64,000 nucleotides of DNA from Octopus vulgaris (GCA_951406725.2 OX597839.1:19406001-19470000), one strand, 5' to 3'. Numbered from the stretch's first letter, positions 11,826 to 24,574 are shown. Notes: generated by a model not told the origin, from the sequence alone. Made by a program: numbers and translations.

Positions 11826-12984
11826 ACTCTATTAGTGTACTAATTCTTCAAAACATTCCAGCTGTGAATTTGATGACCATATTCTTTTTTTCTTTTTTTC
11901 TTTCATTCATTCATTCATTCATTCTTTCTTTATCTCTGATTCTTTGTGTTTTTCTTTCATTTTCTCTCTTATCTTTCACCCTATTCATTCATTTATTCAT
12001 TCCTTCCTTTCTTCCCGCTTTCTTTCTTTTTTCATTCCTTCTTTCCTCTCTCCCTTCTTTTTTCCTTCCTTCCTTTCCTTCTTCCTTCCTTTCTTATATT
12101 CGTTCTTTCATTCCCCCTATCTCTTCCTTTCTTTCTTTCTTTTCTTTCTTTCTTTCCTTCATTCATTCATGTCTTTCTTCCCTTTCTTTCCTTCTTCCCT
12201 TTCTTTCCTTCTTCCCTTCTTTCTTCCTTTCTTATATTCGTTCTTTCTTTCTCTCTCTCTCTCTCTTCCTGCCTTTCTCTCTTTTCTTTCTTTATATCTT
12301 TCCTTCACTCATTCATGTCTTTCTTCCCTTTCTTACTCCGTAGTCAATCACACATCAAGCGAACGCTAATGTGAATTCTAATACTGCGAGACAATACCGC
12401 TTCTGGAAATAAAAGAGGTCTGAATACAAATACGGTGTGAATTCACCCATCTAGAAGAAAAACTCTTCGGAAAAACAGCAGCTAGAAGCAGCCAGGTGTA
12501 TAGAAACGAGTGCAGAGCAGGACTGCAGCAAATATTTTCATTGAATTGAAGGCACCACCATTTCCTGTCACGTTTGCCCTCCCTACTAAGTCTATTATGA
12601 AACAGCAGCGCCTGTCACTTAAAGTAGTTTGTCTGAACAATGAAACTCGCTGTTTATCTCGGGTTTACCTTGTACGAGGAACTGTTCTGCAGTAAGCAAT
12701 GCGAATGAATAAGTTAGAATAATGGAGAATTAAAATGGAAATAGCATTCGTAGAGAAGCATGGTAATCAAGCCTTTAGCAATTGGCTTCGTGGAACAAAC
12801 AGAAAGAAAAAAAACAAAGAAAAAATAGGACGAAAATAAATTTTTCGTATTCGAAGATAAATTTTCTTTGCGGTAGATTTGGGAAAGCGGTTTAGTCGAT
12901 TCAAATTGGTTGTGGTTATTTATTTATGACATTTCGCAGTTTGATTTCGAATCCCCGCCACGAGCAACTTTGCTATTTCTTTCT

Positions 12985-13347
12985 CCCAGTGTCACAGAAG
13001 CATGCTTTTCAAACACGTGGTTTTCTGTTCGGTCCCACTGCGCGGCACCTTTCGCGCTTGGATGATTGTCTTCTGCTATAGCCCTGGGCTGACCAAAGCC
13101 TTGAGTAAATTTGGTAGACGGAAACGGAAATAAGCTCGTCATATGTCTGCATATATGTGAGTGGGTGGTTGTATGTATATATATATATATATATATATAT
13201 CGTTTCTGTCTAACGAATCCACTCACAAGGGTTTGGTCGGCCCGAGGTTATAGTATAGAGACAATGACCCAAGGTGCCATGCAGTGGGACTGAACACGGA
13301 ACCATGTGGTTGGGAAGCAAGCTTCTTATCATACAGCCATGTCTGTG

Positions 13348-13350
<3 letters not shown>
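12985..13350. mobile_element. Two family A SINE 5' halves in opposite orientation
   Basis: Plus copy at ~12985-13140 and minus copy at ~13200-13350, both matching the family A head. Confidence 0.7.
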
Positions 13351-13415
<65 letters not shown>

Positions 13416-13418
<3 letters not shown>

Positions 13419-13827
13419 TTCGTCGTCGACTTACAACCGATCGACTTTACGATGATTTGCGCGCCAGCTCCCGGTAGCAATATTAAATAGTCCGGTTGAA
13501 ATATAATGGATTTAATTTCTGAGAAATTTACCCGTCTGCGGATGATATCAGCTGACAAACGCTTCCCGTAGGTCTGGTTATCGATCGCCTCTCTGTTGGA
13601 TGACTATCCTGTCGCAGAGACATCGAAGCAATCTCGTATTTGTTTATAAAACAACCATTTGAGACTCCAAAATTTGTGACTAATGCCAGTGTAAGAGTAT
13701 AATACAGAATGCTGTGTGACTTTTACCTGAGAATGTACCTTAAGAATATAGGCCTATATAGCTTAACCAAACCGACTTACGACCAATCAGTCGGAGCCAA
13801 CTGTAGTCGTAAGTCAACGACGACCTG
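13416..13827. mobile_element. Tc1/mariner-superfamily (pogo/Tigger-like) MITE
   Basis: Terminal inverted repeats CAGTTCGTCGTCGACTTACAAC and (reverse complement) CAGGTCGTCGTTGACTTACGAC. TA on the right flank, TA-repeat context on the left. No ORF. Confidence 0.8.
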
Positions 13828-13860
13828 TATATACACATGTGTGTATGTATATATATATAT

Positions 13861-13931
13861 TGGTGCTATTAAGTTAGACATGGCCTGGACCAATCTCTGG
13901 TCGAAACATATCTAAGTTTTATTTAAGTTTT
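13861..13931 (+). mobile_element. 71-bp 3' end of the same LINE as 1131-3166
   Basis: tggtgctattaagttagacatggcctggaccaatctctggtcgaaacatatctaagtttt matches 3096-3155. Lies within (TA)n. Confidence 0.9.
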
Positions 13932-13949
13932 ATATATATATATATATCA

Positions 13950-14200
13950 GTTACGGGAGCGTAAACACACCAGCGTCTGTCGTCAAGTCATAGTGGGGGA
14001 GAAACTCACACACACACATATATATATATATACGACGGGCTTCTTTCAGTCCGTCGACCAAATCCACTCACAATGCTTTGGTCGGCCAGCGGCTATAGTA
14101 GAAACACTTGCCCAAGGTGCCACGCAGTGGGACTGAAACCAGAACCATGTAGTTGATAAGCTAGCTACTTATCACACACACAGAGCTATGCCTGCACCTA
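13950..14200 (-). mobile_element. Family A SINE (3'-truncated)
   Basis: Matches the family A head and middle. Confidence 0.75.
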
Positions 14201-14820
14201 CAAGTCTTTACTTTTCCTTATTTATTTATACATTTTACTTTACATTCAAGCTCTTCCAAGAAAACCGGAAAAATCTAGAAATCTGTGTCACTTCCAGTCG
14301 GAAGCTTGTTGGATCTTTGCTCTGGTGCTGTATTCAGTTGGTCTAAGAAACAAATAGAAAATATAACCGAAGAAAGTCAAATTCCTGAAGTTGGAGAGAT
14401 GGTCGAGAATGCTAAACTAATTCATAATCACCAGAGTAGGCATTCTTAATCCATTTGTAAGCCCCAGGAAACGTCGTTTATCTGCACCAAGAGAATACAG
14501 ATTTCTACAAATAAGTGACCGACCATGGCGCCAAAGATTTATGGAATCTGATCACGCGATTTTCTAGAATCTTCACAATGCCTGTTGTCACCAATTTTAC
14601 AATGATGGCGTATTCGTCCTTTTAGTAGTAATAGCAGTAGTATCATCAGCAGCAGCCGCAGTAGTAGTAATAGCTTGATTCAATATTATTAGCCTGAATC
14701 GTAACGAAGTAGTTCACCATTTAAAATATCGATATATTTATATAATGACGGACGAAATGCGACTAACAAGGTTGTCCGGCATGCTAACGATTCTGCCAGT
14801 TAATAATAATGATGATGATG

Positions 14821-14882
<62 letters not shown>

Positions 14883-14883
<1 letters not shown>

Positions 14884-15200
14884 TGAGAATTCCTTGCGAT
14901 CACAATATAGCGGCGAAAGAATTTAACAAGATCAGTAAGACTTGCTAATAGAAATTGAAAAAATGTAGCATCTCAAGGTGACTACAGTACCATGATTGTA
15001 GGATCTCTAGGAATGATAAAAAAAAAAGGTACTGAAGCCTATTTGAAAATGATACCAGGCTTACCATCCCTACAGGAAGTGGGGAAAAAATCGTGTTAAC
15101 TAGAACGACTGATGTACTGAGAAGAGCATTATCGCTGTGAAAACAACATCCATTCATGAATTTATTTATTTAATAGTTTTTTAAATACATATTTTACCTG
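14883..15200 (+). pseudogene. R4/Dong-like (RLE endonuclease) LINE 3' fragment after (AAT)n
   Basis: Decayed translation MRIPCDHNIAAKEFNKISK..LLIEIEKM.HLKVTTV..MIPGLPSLQEV..LRRALSL*. Paralogous to 15706-15950. Confidence 0.7.
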
Positions 15201-15204
15201 TGAA

Positions 15205-16165
15205 TTTACGTGTGTAATGTGGGAATGCATGAGGCTGTGACTAAGGGAGAAAATGTAACTATTCTTTGGGACTTCCCAGTATGTACAGACCGGACCCTCA
15301 AAGAAAATAAACCAGATACTGTTGTGAAAGACCGAAACAATAAAGTCTGGTTACTTCCATCTGTCCTTCTGCAACGGCGCTTGCGGTGGTTTGGCCATGC
15401 ATGTAGGCGTCCGGTGGGTGAGCTGAGCCGTGACGTCCTTTTCCCAACTGCACTTCTCAACTAGCGGAAACGCGCAGGCGGGCAGCTGAAGACCTGGGTT
15501 ACGATGATCAAGGAGGACCTCTCCGTGCTCGCGGGACCGCAGGTGGTCGGCCTGCGCCGATGGAACCGTAACTGGCTCGCTATCTCCAGTGAACTAGCGC
15601 AGGACCGTCGTGCGTGGGCTGCCATGGTTCGAGATGCCTCGAGGGTGGTAGAAGGAGCCGACTCAACCCGCCCAGGGTGAATGTGGCCACAAGTACAAGT
15701 ACAAGTATGAGCATAGCCTGCAACCATAAAAATTTTATAAGCTCAGAAAGTATAAAAATTTTCTAATCGAAATCGAAAAGATGTGGCATCTCAAGACGGT
15801 TACAGTGATTGTAGGAGTATTTGAAATGATAAAAAAAGGACCTGAAAATCATTTAAGAATGATCCCTGGCTTACCATCCACGCAGGAAGTGCAAAAGATT
15901 GTCCTAACTGGTATGTCACACGTATTGAGAAGAACATTGTCACTATGAATTTTTTTTTCTTTGTCCTCCTATATTTTAATTGTTTAATTATTATTATTAT
16001 TTTTTTCCTTTGCCCTCTGTTTTCCCCCCTTTTCTCTATCACATGACTTTGTAAATGAACAATCTGGTGTCTTTGTTTTAAAGGCCTACCAATGTTTTAC
16101 AGTACGTTTTCTCTGCCCTAGGTGTTGGGAAGACATTCGGCAAGAAATGGAAACAGAATTTAAAG
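15205..16165 (+). pseudogene. R4/Dong-like RLE LINE 3' fragment interrupted by an RTE insertion
   Basis: ILWDFPVCTDRTLKENKPDTVVKD (RLE PD motif region) at ~15260-15350. Continues after 15706 as IEIEKMWHLKTVTVIVG..IPGLPSTQEVQKIVLTGMSHVLRRTLSL*. Confidence 0.8.
15352..15707 (+). mobile_element. RTE-clade LINE 3' end with (CAAGTA)3 tail
   Basis: RRLRWFGHACRRP..RKRAGGQLKTW..IKEDL..LAQDRRAWAAMVRD C-terminal signature. GC-rich, with a short tandem tail. Confidence 0.85.
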
Positions 16166-16171
16166 AAGATG

Positions 16172-16257
<86 letters not shown>

Positions 16258-16258
<1 letters not shown>

Positions 16259-16437
16259 GTACATGGAACAAATAGGGGCTGCAATAAGGGTGGAGCACTT
16301 GCAGAAAACAGCACTGCTTGGAACCGCTCGAATACTCCGGAAGGTGTCCCCAAAATAAAAGGTGTTACCTTAGTTCACTGGTAGTGAACAGCTGACACGG
16401 TAGTACATCTCCAGCGTTAGGAACTGTGCAAAGGCAA
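16258..16437 (+). mobile_element. Dong/R4-like LINE 3' end inserted in (TAA)n
   Basis: MEQIGAAIRVEHLQKTALLGTARILRKV (RLE LINE C-terminus), flanked on both sides by TAA repeats. Confidence 0.8.
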
Positions 16438-16445
16438 TAATAATG

Positions 16446-16485
<40 letters not shown>

Positions 16486-16759
16486 CTTTAGATCGAAATC
16501 AAACACTATGTCAATAGAACTATCGAGACACTTGGCAGGATAATGCAAACTTCGTCACCGATACTCTGTATAGACTATCGCCAGACCATTCAATGTTATT
16601 GTGAACAGCTGACACAGTGATGGTTGTATGCAATTAAATGGCCCTCATACGGAAGCCGTAGAGGAGGTTTTGTGAAAGTGTTTTGTAATACATACATACG
16701 TATGAAGACAGTCAAAAGAAAACCACACAACAATAATCATACACGTATGTGTATGTATT

Positions 16760-16800
<41 letters not shown>

Positions 16801-17023
16801 GTGGTGGTAGTGGTACATGAGTATGTATGTTCACTATGTACGAACTTATACACCTATAGGTAGTGGAGATAGGTAGGAAATATATCTGCATATATACATA
16901 TGTATGTGTAGTGTATATATATAAATGTACGTGTATGTATATATGTACATACATATATGTATGTATCTCTCTCTCTCTATATATATATAAGATTTTTATA
17001 GACACATTTATATTCAGACATTC

Positions 17024-17115
<92 letters not shown>

Positions 17116-17117
17116 AT

Positions 17118-18058
17118 TCTTTTCAGTCATTTGACTGTGGCCATGCTGGGGCACTGCCTTTAGTCGAGCAGAGAGATCCCAGGACTTAATCTTTGTACGC
17201 CTAGTACTTATTCTATCGGTCCTTTATAAGTCAGGGAGACGTAAGCGCACCAGTATCTGTTGTCAAGTGGTTAGGGGGACAAACACAGACACACAAACAT
17301 ACATACATATATATCTATATATATATACATCTATACGACGGGCTTCTTTCAGTTTTTGTTTACCAAATCCACTGACAAGGCTTTAGTCAGCCCGAGGCTG
17401 TGGTAGAAGACACTTGCCCAAGGTGCCACGCAGTGGAACTGAACTCGGAACCATGTGGTTGGTAAGCAAGTACTTACCACACAGCCACTCCTGCAATTAT
17501 AATCAGCCAGAGGCTATTGTAGAAGACACTTGCCCAAGGTGTCACACAGTGGAACTGAACTCGGAACCATGTGGTTGGTAAGCAAGCTACTTACCACACA
17601 GCCACTCCTGCAATTATAATCAGCCAGAGGCTATAGTAGAAGACACTTGCCCAAGGTGTCACACGGGCTTCTTTCAGTTTTTGTTTACCAAATCCACTGA
17701 CAAGGCTTTAGTCAGCCCGAGGCTGTGGTAGAAGACACTTGCCCAAGGTGCCACGCAGTGGAACTGAACTCGGAACCATGTGGTTGGTAATCAAGCTACT
17801 TACCACACAGCCACTCCTGCAATTATAATCAGCCAGAGGCAATAGTAGAAGACACTTGCCCAAGGTGCCACACAGTGGGATTGAACTCGGAACCATGTGG
17901 TTGGTAAGCAAGCTACTTACCACACAGCCACTCCTGCAATTATAATCAGCCAGAGGCTTTAGTAGAAGACACTTGCCCAAGGTGTCACACAGTGGGACTA
18001 AACTCGGAACCATGTGGTTGGTAAGCAAGCTACTTACCACACATCCACTTCTACGCCT
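17118..18058 (-). mobile_element. Family A SINE with tandemly amplified tRNA-like head
   Basis: Five copies of ggaaccatgtggttggtaa (~17450, 17566, 17774, 17891, 18008), a ~116-bp unit joined by gcaattataatcagccagagg. Confidence 0.85.
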
Positions 18059-18237
18059 ATATACATACACACACACACACACACACACACACGTAGATAT
18101 ATATATATGCCTATAAATAAGTATAATTATATATAACTGCTTGTTGTTAGTGCACGAGCGTATATATACTCACCGACACAGGCACACAAACACACTCATA
18201 GGCACACACACATATATAGCAGTGTTTATATATGTGA

Positions 18238-18286
<49 letters not shown>

Positions 18287-18899
18287 AATATTTATACGAA
18301 TGATCATTGAATGTTTTAACGTAACATTTATTATAATTGATGAGTAGCATCATCATCGTATTCCTATTCTTACTCTTAACATCTGCTGCTCTATTAGTAG
18401 TAGTAGTAGCAGTAGTAGTAGTAGTAGTAGCAGTAGCAGCCGCAGTAGCAGTAGCGTTGATAGTGCTGATGACTGTTGCACATTACGCCAGTGGTGTTTC
18501 TGTTTGATGTAGTCTAAAAAATGATGGTCCCCTTGGTGGCCTTTTATATATATAGCTTTCTTTAATATTTCGTTGACGACTTTCCTTTCCTCCCTTGTTT
18601 TTCTTTTTCGATTTTTTTTTTAGCTGTTTAATAGTTATCTCTATTAATGGCTTACTGAATATGTCGCTTTTGTCTTCCAGGAGGGGAAATGTAAACTATC
18701 AAGCACACATTGGGCGCCATATTGTCCCATCTTCGTTCGTCGTATGTATACATACATACGTACGTAAAAACACACACATACAAACATACACACACACACA
18801 CACACACACATATATAAATATACACAGAGAAATGTATGTAAATAGATGCACATAAACATATAAATATAAGCATGTGTGTGTGTATACACACATATATCC

Positions 18900-18933
<34 letters not shown>

Positions 18934-19022
18934 GCACACGCAAGACAAACATACAAATATTACAGATGTGTCTATAAGTATATATACATGTATACACAAA
19001 CACACACACGCACAAATATATG

Positions 19023-19053
<31 letters not shown>

Positions 19054-20191
19054 CCGTATGGAGATAGATCCAATTATACGCATATGTGTGTGTGTGTGTG
19101 TGTGTAAATATATACCTGTGCCAATGACTATTTCCATGTAAATATTTGCAATCAGTTGTGTGTATATTTCGTTGTGTGTGTGCACGTGTATGCGTATGTA
19201 AGACAGTGTATACGTTCTTTGGAGTGACGTAGATTATGTTTGTCGGAGTAATATTGTGTGCGCATATATATGTAAACGTGTTTCAAACTTTCGATGTATT
19301 AACTTACGTATGTAACATTGTATGTGTATGCGTTTAGTTTTGGTTTTCTGGTGACTGTGAATGGCAGTGTGGTGGTAAATTAATGGGCTTTTACTGCTTT
19401 TCACTAAGGTAAACATACCAGTGTGACAGACGGCCATTTATGAGTAGTTTAAAGAGAATAAATGTATGTGTGTGCGTTCTTGTAATATATATATATATAT
19501 ATAAAGTGTGTCTTCATATAATTTCGTGTGGGTGTATCCATCTGACTGTGTGTGTGTATATATGTATATGGTATCAGATATTTCTTGCTGGGTGTTTATA
19601 TGCAAGTGAGTGTATGTAAGGAAGTGTATTTATGAATGAGCAGAATCGCTCTTTCTGTGTAGAATGTATTATTTAGATTGTAACAATCTATACATTCACA
19701 TACACACATTATTATACAGAAACTAAATCTTATTCAAACACACACATGTACACATGTATATATTCGCATACATTTACATACATACACACACATACACACA
19801 TATATATACATATATAAATATATAAAAACATATAAGTTTATATATCTATAAATAAATGCAAGTGTATATATATATTGTGTGTACGCGTATAAATACATAC
19901 AGACATATACGTGTATATATGTGCACATAAACATGGCGGGCCAGCAGGCAGATTGTTTCGTAATTTATCATCTAAGTCAGTATTTTGTTCTTACTAAGTA
20001 CTTTTAACTTCAACCCATAAACCCAGTGAAGTGATCATAGTATCGTATACTTCAGTACAATATATATATGTAAATATGTATGTATATCACATGATCCCGT
20101 GACCGACTAGGCCAGTGGTACCGACCCTGGAGTTCGCGGGACGCTGGGGGTCCGCAAAGGCAGTACTTGGGATCCGCGAACTAAACTCAAA

Positions 20192-20254
<63 letters not shown>

Positions 20255-20258
<4 letters not shown>

Positions 20259-20460
20259 AATCCAAACATGAAAACACAAAGAGGAAACACAACGCAAGGA
20301 CGTGGAACAAGTATAGTATTATTGGATGCTCAGGAAAGAAGGAGGGTTTAACGTTTCGAGTGGAGCTCTTCGTCAGAAACATAGGAAAAGGAAAGATCCA
20401 AAGAAGAGAAGACGGAGGAAAAAAATCGCCAACGGTACACACACGGTCACATTTTGAATA
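20255..20460 (-). mobile_element. Penelope/retrozyme-like small element between (TA)n tracts
   Basis: About 200 bp, closely similar to 28868-29052, and contains a hammerhead motif. Confidence 0.7.
20346..20380 (-). ncRNA. Type I minimal hammerhead ribozyme motif
   Basis: GUUU-CUGACGA-A-GAG cucca CUC-GAAAC-GUU-AAAC: 4-bp stem I, 3-bp stem II, loopless palindromic stem III (AACGUU). Confidence 0.7.
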
Positions 20461-20511
20461 TATATATATATATATATATGTATATACATATATATATACT
20501 TTCTTTAATAT

Positions 20512-20895
20512 CTTTTACTTGTTTCAGTCATTTGGCTGTGGCCATGCTGGAGCACCGACTTTAGTCGAGCAAATCGACCCCAGAGCTTATTCTTTGTAAG
20601 CCTAGTTCTTATTCCATCGGTCGCTTTTGCCGAACCATTAAGTTACGGGGATGTAAACACACCACCATCGGTTGTCAAGTGGTGTTAGGGGGACAAACAC
20701 ATACACACAAACATATATATACATATATATACGACGGGCTTCTTTCAGTTTCCGTCTCCCAAATCCACTCACAAGGCTTTGGTCGGCCCGACGCTATAGT
20801 AGAAGACACTTACCCTATATGCCACGCAGTGGCCTTGAACCCGGAACCATGTGGTTCGTGAGCAAGCTACTTACCACAAAGCCACTCCTACGCCT
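20512..20895 (-). mobile_element. Family A SINE
   Basis: Full match to 10065-10457. Confidence 0.85.
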
Positions 20896-21142
20896 GTACT
20901 TACCACACATCCTATATATATATATATATACCGTATTATAAGGGGTCCGTGTTCAAAGTCATTTAAATAAAGGGATTGGTTGCTTCACATCGCTTCTCAT
21001 AATGCGTTTCTATATTGTTTTAGCCTTCAAATGATACCACCTGGCTGGCTAGGCGTGTAGGTCAACATTCCCCGCTAAGGGAATGTGGGCCTGGAGCAGC
21101 CTGAAATGAAGGGTTTTGCTCAAGAACTTAACGCGCCGCTCA

Positions 21143-21301
21143 ATGGGTTGGCTGTGTGATAAGTAGCTTGCTTACCAATTACATGATACCGAGTTCAGTC
21201 CCACTGCGTGGCAGCTTGGGCAAGTGTCTTCTACTATAGCCTCGGGTCGATCAAAGCCTTGTGAATGGATTTGGTAGACGGAAACTGAAAGAAGCCCGTC
21301 G

Positions 21302-21334
<33 letters not shown>

Positions 21335-21700
21335 TGTAATAAATAAAATATATGCATACATACATATATGTACGTACCTACATCTACATGTATATATACA
21401 TGCATATATAAATATATATACATAAGTACAGGACACCACAAATAGACGTAGAACTCAACGAGAAACGAAAACGTAAAAACAAACGTGGAAAGGGACCTAA
21501 ACGAAAAAATAAAATATATATATATATATGCATATGTTTCTGTGTATATGCTTGTCCCTCCACCATCGCTTGATACCAGTTCGGCTTGAGAGATAGATAG
21601 AATAAGTACTAGGCTAACAAAAGATAAGTCCTGGGGGTCGATTTGCACAAGTAAAGGCGGTGCTCCAGCACGGCCGCAGGAAAATGATTGAAACATAAAA
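21143..21700 (+). mobile_element. Family A SINE with an insert in its internal microsatellite
   Basis: Head at 21143-21301, insert at ~21330-21512, 3' half at ~21540-21700. Confidence 0.78.
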
Positions 21701-21710
21701 AAATAAACGA

Positions 21711-21741
<31 letters not shown>

Positions 21742-22254
21742 TAAAATATGGCGATCCCATAGAGGACGATGCTACTGTTGTTTTTAGCCCCAGTAGGACA
21801 TCTCCTCCAGCTGCTTAACGTCTGTGTCCGATTAGTGTTTGCGAGGGGAAATCATCGTTCCCATCTCTAGCCTTACGTGGTACCACAGACCGGCAGTGAC
21901 CCGTCACGGATGGGTGATAATCACGAGGTACTAATGAAAACCCTTTTCTCTCGCAAAGGGCTATAGGCTTTTACCAGTGACAACCTGTCGCTGGTCTCGA
22001 AAGAAGGAGAATGTACCTTACAGAAGGGGACAGGGACGATGATGATGATGATGATGACGGCGGTGAGGATGATTACGATGACGATGAAGAAAGGGGAAGA
22101 AAGGTGAAGAAAAAAAGAAAAAAGAAATAAGAAATAAAAAGGAAAGAGAACGCAAAGAAGAAGTAAAAGAAGGGATGAGGAAGAAGGAAACGAAAAAGGA
22201 AAAAAGAAATGAGAAAGTCGTAAAAATAAAAAGAAGAAGAAGAAAACGAAGTAG

Positions 22255-22654
22255 AAAGAAGAAGAAGAAGAAGAAGAAGAAGAAGAAGAAGAAGAAGAAG
22301 AAGAAGAAGAAGAAGAAGAAGAAGAAGAAGAAGAAGAAGAAGAAGAAGAAGAAGAAGAAGAAGAAGAAGAAGAAAAGAGAAAGACGAAAAAATAAAAGAA
22401 AGAAAGAACGAACAGAAGAAAACTATGAAGAAAATAAAGAGAAAAGAAAGAGGAGAAGAAGAAGAAGAAGAAGAAGAAGAAGAAGAAGAAGAAGAAGAAG
22501 AAGAAGAAGAAGAAGAAGAAGAAGAAGAAGAAGAAGAAGAAGAAGAAGAAGAAGAAGAAGAAGAAGAAAAGAAGAAGAAGAAGAAGAAGAAGAAGAAGAA
22601 GAAGAAGAAGAAGAAGAAGAAGAAGAAGGAGAAGAAGAAGAAGAAGAAGAAGAA
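22255..22654. repeat. Long (GAA)n trinucleotide tracts within a ~600-bp polypurine region
   Basis: Pure GAA runs at ~22255-22374 and ~22455-22654. Confidence 0.95.
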
Positions 22655-22949
22655 GGCTTGGGAAAGAAGACTTCCCCTCAGAAAGAGTTTCTGATCTCCT
22701 TGAAGATAAACAAAAGATGCCTCTATCGTGATGACCAGTATCAATGCACGAAACTCTTAACCGATGAGTCACTCCGTAAATACAGCAGATAAGATGTAAA
22801 GAATATATATATAATCAAGTCCTGCTTTCTCTTCTGTTTTCGTGTTCAGATGACCAAGTCTACATACATACATTCACATACACATACAAGCATCCATACT
22901 TATATACATACGTACGCATATACACACATAGATATAGATATATGTATTC

Positions 22950-23531
22950 ATACAGACATACGTTCATATATACATACACATATAAACATACATACATATA
23001 TGTGTGTATAAATATCTATACATACATATATGTAAGTATATATACATGCATATATAGATCTATATACACATAGATACAGAGATATATACAATATACACAC
23101 ATGTATATACATATACATATATTCTTACATACGTACACACAAAGATAGGCATACATATATATATTAATATAGATACCAACATACGTACACACACACACAC
23201 ACACATATGTATATACACATACATACCCTCCAGAGGTGTTTTTTTAGGACATACGTTCATATATACACACACATATAAACATACATACATATATGCGTGT
23301 ATATATATCTATACATACATATATAGACCTACATACACATTGATACAGAGATATATACAATATACACACATGTATATACATAGTCGTAGATTCTTACATA
23401 CGTACACACAAAGATAAGCATATATACATATATACATGCATATATATATAAACATAGATACCAACATACGTTCACACACACACACACATGTATACACACA
23501 TACATACCCTCCAGAGGTGTTTTTTTAGGAC
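22950..23531. repeat. Local ~280-290 bp tandem duplication
   Basis: gacatacgttcatata..cacaaagata..agataccaacatacgt..cataccctccagaggtgtttttttaggac occurs twice. Confidence 0.8.
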
Positions 23532-24574
23532 CATATGTCACACAGTTTGCGTGACAAAATCATCTTTCCATAATTCATAAAATACTGCTAAAAATTAGTA
23601 TTCGCTTAAATATCGATTTCTGCTTTTATTGTGTGATACTTCGTTTTGTTTTCAATATATGAGTGTATCTGCGTATGCGTGTGTAAAAACAATTATATAT
23701 TAATAAATAAAGAAGCTAAACGTAAATGAAGTAATAATAATATTAATAATCATAATGCTAATAAAATTTACAAAACCAAATAAACAAACATAGTCGGTAT
23801 CATCATTGTAGCATATTTCGTCTTAATGTGTCCCACGGTTTTATAAAAAAAAATTGTATTGTTATTTTTAAGGCAACTTATAGTATCTGAAGTGCTGCAG
23901 ATGGTATTTACGTTGTATTGAACATAACATATCTTCGGTTAGAATAACCCACACATACATACGTATATATTTTGTTATGCTTATATATATATATATATAT
24001 ACAAACACACGCGTGCGAACACCCACCACACACATACATATGATACATGAGAAATTAATGGAGTGATGGGTTAAGAGAAAATTAAAAGTGGTTTTATGGA
24101 AAGTAGGAACGTAAGGTTAAAAAATCAAGCAATATTGTTTAAGTTATTTATAACTAAATGAATTTTGCACACATATGTCATGTGCACACACATATATATA
24201 TAGATGATTATATACATATACATATATAGATGTATATATACATATATAGATGTATATATGTATATATATGTATCTATGTATATATATATTTATATAGACA
24301 CTCTTACACATGTATGTATATGTATATATTTGCATGTATATTCTGCGTGTAAGTATATACGTATTGATATATCTAGACGTATGTGTTTCGGTATGTTTAC
24401 GTGCGTATACACAATGTCTGAGAGACGGTAACACTAGCAAAATATACATACTCATATCGCAAATGAACGAGCAGTTTAACATCTTTCCATAATATTTTTA
24501 TATGCCTGCGTGTATATATATGTATATATATATACATATGTATATATATATATATTATATATTTATATATATAT

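Noticed and set aside
17338-18058. Regularly spaced repeats resembling a CRISPR array
   Set aside because: The units are contiguous SINE-head duplications without unique spacers. The context is eukaryotic and there are no cas genes.
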